Assembly (NCBI GenBank): GCA_951406725.2
Contig: OX597814.1
Location: forward strand, 199,206,001-199,270,000
Direction: 5' to 3'
From: Octopus vulgaris
Taxonomy: Eukaryota
Length of the DNA: 64,000 nucleotides
Made by a program: the position numbers and the translations under genes. Below are positions 54,484-64,000 of the stretch, in pieces. The notes below the pieces were generated by a model, which was given only the letters and a program-made list of their open reading frames with translations, was not told where the DNA came from and did not search any database. The stretch's first letter is position 1; each line of letters opens with the position of its first letter.

Positions 54484-54654
54484 ATACGCTCAGACACACA
54501 CATACGTACACATAGGTTCTTTTGTCACACCTCATTAATAATGCGCGGCAATAGCGCGAGATATTCAAGGAAAAACATTAGAATCTTGTTCAGATGTTTA
54601 CTGATCTGAAGGTTTTTTTCATTTTTTATACCATGAACAGGACAAAAGTCTGTA

Positions 54655-55108
54655 TGCTTTGCGGTATTTCGTCTGCGGCTACGTTCTGAGTTCAAATTCC
54701 GCCGAGGTCGGATTTACCTTTCATCCTTTCGGGGTCGATTAAATAAGTACCAGTTACGCACTGGAGTCGATGTAATCGACTTAATCCCTTTCTCTGTCTT
54801 TGTTTGTCCCCTCTATGTTTATCCCCTTGTGGGCGATAAAGAAATAGATATAATCGACTCAATCTGTTTGTCTGTCCTTGTTTGTCCCTTGTGTGTTTAG
54901 CCCCTTGTGGGTAGTAAAGAAATAGAAATTTCGTCTGCCGATATGTTCTGAGTTCAAATTCTGCTGAGGTCGACTTTGCCTTTCATCCTTTCGGGGTCGA
55001 TAAAATAAGTACCAGTTATGCACTGGTGTCAATCTAATCGACTTAACCCCTTTGTCTGTGTTTGTTTGTCCCCTCTGTTTAGTCCCTTGTGGGCAATGAA
55101 GAAATAAG
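54655..55108 (+). mobile_element. SINE-A multimer, head partly lost
   Basis: Units end aagaaata near 54846, 54924 and 55106. Confidence 0.85.
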
Positions 55109-56458
55109 AGGAAAGTAACAGGAAAACAATCTGGAGATACATCAACAAGCCGAAGTGGAAGAGAAAGGAAACTAAATGAAGAATGTTAGGGTAAGGGACA
55201 GGATGATACAATCATCTCTGCTGAGTTGTAACTCCAGATTAACAGTACAAATAAGTATTTGAGTACATACATACTTGTGAATTATTGATTTCTAGCGTTG
55301 GCACAATGCCACACATCTACTGAAGCAGTACAGCCATTGTAACACAATAGTTGGCTAGGACTTACGTTATTGGTTCTGACGTGATGTAGGGTAAAATCGA
55401 CCCTGCTGCCATATGAGTTGGTGGAGTAATACGGCAGCATAATTAATAAGTGGAGCACTAATTATGCGGCAGCATAATTAGCGGTCTACTAATTCTGCCA
55501 TAAGCTGCCTCATGCCATACGCGGTCTCTTTGTTGTAAAAGATATTTGATTTCTATCATGGGTTCACGGTCAAGCATATTTGCAAAGTAGGTGTGGGTAT
55601 GCTTAATTATATGCTTAATTATATCGAACAGTATTTCACCTGTTATTTTATTGACCATCGAACAATGAAACAGCCGAGTTAACCTTGGTGGGATTCGAAA
55701 TCAGAAATAGTAGGTGTTGCGAAATATCGTCTACCAGTTTGCCTATCTCTGTGTCATTTCTCTCAATACATCGTCCCCTTTGCTGTGAAAGCTATTGATC
55801 TCTAACATTGACAATGAACCATGATTTATAGTCAATTAAACCGGATTCGGTACTAGATTAATTTTTCTTTTTTTAAACTGTTATCGACCTCGGAAGGATG
55901 AAATATAACGTTGACCTCGGCAAAAATCTAACTCCGAAAATAAATAACAAAATACCACAAAGCAGTTTTTCCAATGCTCTGACGATTATGCCATTATACC
56001 GCCCATTTAATGTATGAATGATTAGCAGCAGTTAGCTTTTATATAGGCAATTAAGACTATATCCTCATTTAAATACATTTATCAGGTTGTTCATTGTTAT
56101 GCACCATTACCATTATTCCCCGCTCCCTATTACCCGTCCAGCATGATCCAATCACTAACATATTACGTGTCAGTTGATTGATTGCTTCAGTCACTGCTCC
56201 GATAGCTCGGAAACTCTGGATATATCATTATCATTGTTATGCAGTAATCCGGCGAATAGTCGGACTAAATAATAAGTGGTATTAAGTATCGTTTCTCTAC
56301 CTTCTGAGCTAAAACCCTACTGAGTGTACATTTATCATTTATTTGTTAGAGAAGCCTATAATGTATAAATTCCTTAATGTACTAGACTCGATTATATTGA
56401 AGAATTCTCCACTCTCTACAACTTTACTGCCGTTTAAAAGATCCCAGTATGATATATA

Positions 56459-57125
56459 TTGGGTTGTCCGGAAAGTTCGTGCCGATTTTTAAAGGAAAGA
56501 AAAAGGTCAATAAATACTTGCCATTAAATTTTTAATCAACGAAATATGAACCATTTTGTTGCACAATGCGTCTCCGTCTTTCCTTTAACTTGAAAATACC
56601 CTCTTCCCAGAATTGAGGTGGTTTCATGGCAAAGAGTTCATCAAGGAATCTTTTTACGTCATCCAAGGAATTGAAATTTTTACCATTAAGACTATTCTGC
56701 AGAGACCTGAATAAGTGGAAATCCGAAGGAGCAATATCTGGTGAATATGGAGGGTGGGGTAACACAACCCAGCCAAGCTGCAGCAATTTTTGTCTGGTTC
56801 CCAAAGCATCAAGTGCAGAAAATGAACTTTTTTATCTTCCATATTAAAGGGTTACGGAATTAACACAGGTTATAGGAACATAAACCGTCTTCCACGAAAA
56901 GATAGCTTAAACTGTGCTCTATGATTTTTTTATTTCCCATAAAGGGTTTACATAGAGGGGGTCATCACAATACATTGGGGACACAAAACACCAAAAATTA
57001 AAACAAAAACATAAACGTATGATAAAAGGATGAAAATGAGGAATCAAAGTGATGTTAACCGCCCCATCAGTTAACATCACTTACTTGCCTTCTATAAATC
57101 GGCACGAACTTTCCGGACAACCCAA
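56459..57125 (-). mobile_element. internally deleted mariner (DD34D) element
   Basis: Perfect 30-bp TIRs ttgggttgtccggaaagttcgtgccgattt, TA TSD; transposase C-terminus HPPYSPDIAPSDFHLFRSLQN at 56532-56804. Confidence 0.92.
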
Positions 57126-57484
57126 TATGTTTGAAACGTTGCCTGCTTAACAAATGATTTGGATATTAATTACATGGCTCAACACGATTTAATATGTCAA
57201 AGAAACGAAATAAGCAACACGAGAAACAAATACAGACTGACATTTTGTAAACTGGAGTAAAAGACGAGAAGTGTGATAGAAGCGATAAACGAAGGAAATA
57301 CATTTTTAGGTGATTTTAAATCGTAGTTGTATTACATTTTACGTAATAACTAGTTTGATTTCTTGATATTTTCTCATCGAGCCGGATTTGCCTTGCTCAG
57401 TATTGTAAACCCATGCATTTTCCCATTAATTTCGTAACGACCCCACACAGAATTGTTAATTTAGTTATTATTTATATCAATATA

Positions 57485-57910
57485 AAGGCGGCGAGCTGGC
57501 AGAAATGTTAGCCTGCTGGGCGAAATGCTCAGCGGTATTTCGTCTGTCGTTATCTTCTGAGTCCAAATTCCGCCGAGGTCAACTTTGCCTTTCATCCTTT
57601 CGGGGTCGATAAATAAAGTACCAGTTACGCACTAGGGTCGATGTAATCGACTCAATCTGTTTGTCTGTCCTTGTTTGTCCTTTCTGTGTTTAGCCCCTTG
57701 TGGCAATAAAGAAATAAGAATTGTTAGCCCTCTGGGAAAATGCTTAGTAGCATTTCGTCCGCCTTCACGCTCTGGGTTCAAATTCCGATGTGTTCACCTT
57801 TGCATTTTCATACTTTCGGGGGTCGATAAATTAAGTCCCCGTCAAGTACTGTGGTCGATGTGATCGACTACCTAAAATTCCAGGCCTTGTGCCTATAATA
57901 GAAAGGATTA
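57485..57910 (+). mobile_element. SINE-A fused to an older SINE-A variant
   Basis: Full unit ends aagaaata near 57717, then agaattgttagc.. begins a diverged unit with the older tail. Confidence 0.85.
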
Positions 57911-57949
57911 TTTATGTCCATAAATTTCATTGCTCTCAGAATGCAACAT

Positions 57950-58176
57950 TTACTCTTTTCTACTCTTTTACTTGTTTCAGTCATTTGACTGCGGCCATGC
58001 TGGAGCACCACCTTTTAGTCGAGCAAATCGACCCCGGGACTTATTCTTTTTGTAAGCCCAGTACTTATTCTATCGGTCTCTTTTGCCGAACCGCTAAGTG
58101 ACGGGGATGTAAACACACCAGCATCGGTTGTCAAGCAATGCTAGGGGGACAAACACAGACACACAAACACACACAT

Positions 58177-58223
<47 letters not shown>

Positions 58224-58389
58224 TACGACGGGCTTCTTTTCAGTTTCCGTCTACCAAATCCACTCACAAGGCATTGGTCGGCCCGGGGCTATAGCAGAAG
58301 ACACTTGCCCAAGATGCCACGCAGTGGGACTGAACCCGGAACCATGTGGTTGCTTAGCAAGCTACTTACCACACAGCCACTCCTGCGCC
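57950..58389 (-). mobile_element. full-length SINE-B
   Basis: Reverse-complement paralog of 44896-45290. Confidence 0.9.
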
Positions 58390-60439
58390 TATTCTACAAT
58401 TCTTAACCATAGATGCGATTATTATTGTATAAAATTATTACATTCAACCACTTCTTCTCCGGTATAATTTTAGTCTTACTCCTAGGAAAAAAAAAACAAA
58501 CAAGTTTAATGGAATTATATATTCCACCAATCTGTGAACACAGAACTTTATTACGTTAAAACTAGTTTATTAGCAAACAATCGTTGGATTGCAGTCATCC
58601 TTAGCCACCACATTGAAGATTTTTAGTCGACCCCAATACTTATATCCCATTTGAGTCTAGTATTTATTTTATAGGAGTATTTTGTCGAACCGTACAGGGA
58701 CTTAAACCAACAGCGACTGTCAAGCAGTGGTGTGACAAACACACACACACACACACACACACAGCCCAGTGGTCAGGGTGTTGCACTCACGATCGAAAGG
58801 TCCTGGTTTCGATTCCCAAACCGGTAATGCGTTATGGTCTTAAGCAATTCATTTCACATCACTCTAATCCATACAGCTCTAAAAGAATAACCTGCAGTGA
58901 ACTGGCATTCTGTTCGGGGGCAGTTTTGTCCTGTATGACTAGCCAGCGAGTGGCGGGCATCACCCGAATGCTATAACAGTGTATAACAACACCTTCAATA
59001 ACCTAGTCAATAAGATAATATATACATGTGTGCGTATATGACGTGGGTTCACAGTTTCCGTCAACCAAATTCACTCACAATGTATTGGCCTACTCGGGGG
59101 GCCCTTGTAGGAGATACATGTTCAAGGTGCCGCGCTGTGGGACAGAACTCGAAACCACGTGGTAGTAAAACAAGATTTAAACTTATCCAGGAGTATGTTT
59201 TAAAGAAAATAGATGCAAAAAGGACAGACTCATGATTTCGCCGGGCGATTTTAAGTAAATTACACCAATGATTATAATCATTATAATTATTCGAAAGACT
59301 ACCCATGATTTTGAAAAATTGCTGTTCAACAGATTTTCCTCCAAATAACTCGACATAACTGATATAATTATAAAGAAAATCAAGTTAGTATAATTACAGT
59401 TTAAAGCAATGATTAAAACATAAGAGCACTCTCCATTTAACATTGTGACAGTTAGCGGGGGCATTTTACACTTTTATATATGTTAGAGTTTTGTATATAT
59501 TTATTACAAATTTATAATTAGTTGACTCCAATACGATAGATGTCATCGACAATTCTGCCCAATCTAAATCTGAATATTAATGTTCTTTTGTCTTGTATTC
59601 TAACAATTAAGCTATTGTCCTGTCAATGACACAAGTACATGAGCGCTTTACTGTTTGCATGGATGCATATCATTATATGATATTTATTTATTGAAAACCT
59701 CGATCATAGATATGACGTTTACAGCAGTGTCCATTTCCTGTGCTGCAGTGTATGTATCGATCTGTTTCACTTACATTCAGTTTTGTCCTACAACCTCAAT
59801 TATAACAAAAAGCAGAAGGCAAGAATTATATGTTGAATGTGGATAACATTATAGCATAAAATTTATTCTAGTCATGTATTTTTTTTTTCACTTCGTAATT
59901 GACAATCGGGTCTATATACAGCGCACTTACTGCCGTCATCAGTTCTATTTAAATGCTCCAATATATAATTCGACACAAGAAATGGGATTAAAGATGTGTT
60001 AGAAGTGTTTGAACTAAGCGTAATGTGGATTAATTAAATCCATATGTGGGCTACTACATGTGTATCATGTTAATAATTGTTTTGTATGCGTTAGTATTTT
60101 TCGCTTTATATTTTTGTGATACTGACACATAAATTGCGATTTCTTTCAGCTGGTTATAATTACACAGAAACGAACATGATTTCATTTTTTTGGCTGCGTA
60201 CGACAGTTAATTTATTCTTCCTCGTGAAAAGAAATCAAATTTCTAATATGTAGAAGAACGAACTTCGTTTGAATAGATGTAAAGTGAAAAGTATAGAGTT
60301 TAAGACGATGGAAATATTGTGATGTTTTTTCGGCACGTCTTCATTCTTTCTTCAAAACACGTACACAAGCCAGCTGACCTCATATTTCCATCCATGCCCA
60401 TCATATTCATTTTTGATTGGAGTCTACTGTGGGATATGG

Positions 60440-60475
<36 letters not shown>

Positions 60476-60539
60476 TGGGTGTTTGTGTGTATGTGTTGAT
60501 ATATAAAGATACATTTGCGTCTCTTTGTACTTGAAATAT

Positions 60540-60840
60540 CCTACCTAATCGCATCACTTGACAACCTGTGTTGCTTCGTTTAGCCGTTCGTTTAGAGTCC
60601 ACCCGTAAGGGTGGATGCTACTGTAGCTTGTAGCCCCAGGAGGAACCTCCTCCAGCTGGCTATTGACACAGTGTCCAATCAGTATTTGCAAAGGCAAGTC
60701 ATCCTTCCCATCTTCAACCTGACGTGATAGACACGGACCCGGGTTTCTGAATATTGACCCGTCATCAGAATGTGACAATCACCGGTTGTTGGTGAGAAGT
60801 GCTATCCCGATGCAAATACATATATCCTTGTTCCGGTGAC
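60540..60840 (-). mobile_element. higher-GC repeat-like block with degenerate hammerhead (pLTR-like)
   Basis: Reverse strand acatt-CTGATGA-cgggtcaatattca-GAAA-cccggg-TC-cgtgt at 60731-60773. Confidence 0.45.
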
Positions 60841-60845
60841 GAAAA

Positions 60846-61340
60846 GTCTAATAAGGGTATACCAGACACATCACTACCATATGTGCGCGACATAATGTTC
60901 TCATACCGAGATAAACAGCGCATGACTTTGCAGACGGGGCCCAGTTAGAATTTTCTTCAGGTCGAGTAGCCCATAACACTCAAAAGGTCCTTGAATATGG
61001 GTTTAAGGATGAACAAAACACGTTTCCAAAGGTGAATTATCCAAACCCCAAAGAATTCCTCTCAACACATGACTCTCCCACTACTTCTGCTCGTGATCAG
61101 AGATGCACATATCGTCAACCACCAAGGGAGATGCTCAACTTGTTAAGGTCAAACGACTGACAAGCAAATCTGTGGTATTGAGCAGGATATTTGCTATAGC
61201 CCATCCTTTATACCAAGACAAAACAATGTACATGATATCGTTATATCATTATTATTATCACTATTATTATTATTATGATATTTCCAATCAGTTAAATGAG
61301 AAACCATGAGAGCCACTGCCCGGTATTGCATCAGGGTATT
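60846..61340 (-). mobile_element. non-coding (TAA)n-associated repeat, older truncated copy
   Basis: Collinear with 61884-62437; abuts (att)n; strand inferred from the neighbouring element. Confidence 0.75.
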
Positions 61341-61370
61341 TATTATTATTAGTATTATTATTAGTATTAT

Positions 61371-61862
61371 CCAGTAGTTTAATTTTTATAACGTGCTTTC
61401 ACTTAACCAGTGAGCGCAGCTCTGTCTGATTTGGGTATGTGATGTGGTTTGCTGTGATGCTCTTAGGGTTACTGTATTGAAAGTGTTCTGCGTAGGATGT
61501 GCAACACAAATCGACATAGAAACCTTATGAAAAGATCAACAAAGAAACACACCTTCCCCGAAAATGTTGCTGTACATATCCACATTCAGAAACAAAGAAG
61601 CCTTAACGTCATCACCCAAGTCCTGGTGTTTTTGTTATGTATTTGTCTGAATATTTTTTTTATCATACCTCATGCGCCTACTATCATAGGAAATGTTTCT
61701 GTTTTTAGATTCCACATTCGAGTTACCTCTATTTCCAGGTCTTTGTATTTGAAAGTTTCTCCATTTCTTTTAGAGAAACGTTGTCAACTGCAGGTATTGA
61801 TACATCAATTAGGGAGCATTTTTCTTCTTCATGATCTTTGACAACTATATCTGGCCTATTGG
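61371..61862 (-). pseudogene. R4/Dong-like non-LTR retrotransposon 3' end (restriction-like endonuclease domain)
   Basis: NRPDIVVKDHEEEKCSLIDVSIP..KEMEKL..YKDLEIEVTRMWNLKT..HILRRTLSIQ*; (att)n on both sides. Confidence 0.85.
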
Positions 61863-61883
61863 ACTTTTATTATTATTATTATT

Positions 61884-62437
61884 GAGTGAGAGAGCAGTTC
61901 ATGCCATCAAAGTGACACTGGGGTAAAATATACGAAGCCCAATATACCCATCATGACTACCCGTCTGATAAAGGTACACCAGGCACATGCATCACAACCA
62001 TATGTGCGCGATATGGTGATCTCATATCAAGATAAACAGCACATGACCTTGCAGGTGGGGTCCAGTTAGAATTTTCTTCAGGTTGAGTAGCCCATCCCGC
62101 TCAAACGGTCCCTCAATAAGGGTTGTTTAAGGATGTTGAAAGAACCACCCATGTTTCCAGAGGTGAACTATTCAAACCCCAAAGAATCCCTCTCAACACA
62201 TGGCTATGATGCTCCCCCACTACTTCTGCTCGTGATCAGAGATGCACATATCGTCAGCCACTAAGGGACATGCTCAACTGGTTAAGGTCAAACAACTGAC
62301 AAGCAAATCTGTGGTATTGAGCAGAATATTTGCTGTAGCCCATCTTTTGTACCAAGACAAAACAATGAACATAACACTTCCAATCAGTTAAGATCAGAAG
62401 CCATGAGAGCCACTGCCTGGTACTGCATCAGGGCATT
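61884..62437 (-). mobile_element. non-coding ~550-bp element inserted in (TAA)n
   Basis: Sharp boundaries with (att)n on both sides; second copy about 1 kb away. Confidence 0.8.
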
Positions 62438-62609
62438 TTATTATTATTAATATTATTATTATTATTATTTCTTCAAACAGTTTGATTCAATTCCATAGAC
62501 TTATGGTTTTGTAAGCACCTGACAGAAACCTAGCTCATCGCGCTCAGCCAAATTCAACTAGCTGATTCGGCAACCCGAGCCCAACAAGGTGGGTGTTTGT
62601 CATATACCT

Positions 62610-62713
62610 AGGTGTTTTCGCTCAATAAACACTCACAATGCCCGGCCTGGGAATCGAAACCGCGACCCTACGACTGCGAGTCCGCTGCCATAACCACTGG
62701 GCCATTGCGCCTC
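62610..62713 (-). mobile_element. SINE-D head fragment
   Basis: Matches 25790-25895. Confidence 0.85.
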
Positions 62714-62721
62714 ACACACAC

Positions 62722-62753
<32 letters not shown>

Positions 62754-62758
<5 letters not shown>

Positions 62759-63067
62759 TTAGAGACAAAACCACTATTAGGCAAATCAAACAATGAAAAA
62801 CTTAAGCCAATACATAAGATTATTTAAATATATAACAAAATTATTAAAAAATATAATTAAAAAATATTTTTTTTAATAATTTTGTTATATATTTAAATAA
62901 TATAAATTAAATAATCTTATGTATTGGCTTAAGTTTTTCATTGTTTGATTTGCCTAATAGTGGTTTTGTCTCTAATTTAATATAATATAATATTTTACTA
63001 TAAAATTGGATTCAATCCTAAATCTGATTTTTCCCTGAAAGTTTGGATTTATTCCCTAATATTTATT
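62754..63067 (+). mobile_element. hairpin-plus-tail element in (TA)n
   Basis: Arms 62754-62851 and 62869-62980 (14-nt indel), ~85-nt tail, (TA)n on both sides. Confidence 0.7.
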
Positions 63068-63458
63068 ATATATATATATATATATATATATATCATACAG
63101 ACTTGAAAATAATATTTCGAATGCAGTATAACCGTGGAAATAGAAGAAAGATTGAGCATTTTACTTTTATATGACCGAAAAAGCTTTCGACATATAGCCA
63201 CCGGACTAGAACCCGCACCTCCCAATCTTTCTACTGTTTTCATGTCTATACTCCGTTCGAAACATTAATTTCTGGTCTCTATGATGTGATACACATTCCA
63301 CGCTTCCAAAAACAATAAAAGTTTGTTTACATTTGTTGTTGTATTTCAAAAGAAGCTGTGTTTGTAGTGTTAATTTGGCGGAAATTGTTATCAGCGATCA
63401 GTTTAGCTTAATTGGTAGCATACTCAACCGGAGTCTGGGAGGTGCAGGCTCGCGTCCA

Positions 63459-64000
63459 ATGGAATACAATCAAAAGGAGCTGCCATTCTTGGATGTACGA
63501 ATTTAAAAAAAATAAACCTAAAAATAGAAACGGACATATTCTACAAAACCACGGACGCGAAACAATATCTAATATTTAATTCATGCCACCAAAGACACAC
63601 CAAAACAAACATCCCCTTCAACCTTGCAAGAAGGATATGCACAATAGTGTCAAAAAAAAAAAAAATACCAGAAACCTTACATTGCAAGAAACCTTAGATT
63701 GACAGACACTACCCAGGTCAACTTATAGAGGATGGAATCAGACATGCAACACAAATCGACATAGAAACCTTAACACAGAAACACACCTTCCCCGAAGATG
63801 TTGCTGTACATATCCACATTCAGTAACAAAGAAGCCTTTACGTCATCACCTAAAATTTACCAATGCTACATAAGGACCCCAAATTAAAGGAAATTTTACA
63901 CACAAAGATCATTAAAAGCTACAAACAACCAAAATCGCTAAAAAAAAATCCTCATAAAGGCAAAATTATTTTCTAAATTAACGGATGCAAAAGTAAAGAA
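63459..64000 (+). pseudogene. Penelope-like element reverse transcriptase C-terminal/thumb remnant (runs off the window)
   Basis: MEYNQKELPFLDV; IETDIFYKTTDAKQYLIFNSCHQRHTKTNIPFNLARRICTIVS; IKSYKQPKSL. Confidence 0.85.

Noticed and set aside
55403-55510. Small hairpins and duplicated cggcagcataatta
   Set aside because: Short (7-9 bp stems) with no recognisable motif; compatible with a local duplication

Overview
Eukaryotic, AT-rich window made almost entirely of repeats. I found no host-gene exon I can support. The tRNA-derived SINE families and microsatellite style look like an octopus (coleoid cephalopod) genome; this is recognition from memory, not a search result. Main contents: (1) a young 5'-truncated CR1-group LINE (35721-39187) with a CCCH-finger ORF1 remnant and an APE+RT ORF2 broken by one TAG, embedded in a very large (TA)/(TATG) array; (2) a deleted Helitron with a PIF1 helicase remnant, a non-autonomous relative and a Helentron-type element; (3) mariner and DD37D/maT remnants plus Tc/mariner and hAT MITEs; (4) an R4/Dong-like restriction-like-endonuclease fragment and companion repeats in (TAA)n; (5) a Penelope-like RT fragment at the right edge; (6) many SINEs, often as head-to-tail multimers. 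The most interesting signal is non-coding: short elements in or beside (TA)n/(TG)n tracts that carry type I hammerhead ribozyme motifs with palindromic stem III (two with a ~100-120 nt structured stem II), or a long terminal hairpin plus an ~85 nt tail. These are best read as Penelope-like pseudo-LTR or retrozyme-like modules that target microsatellites. Nearly all long ORFs in the supplied track are microsatellite artefacts.
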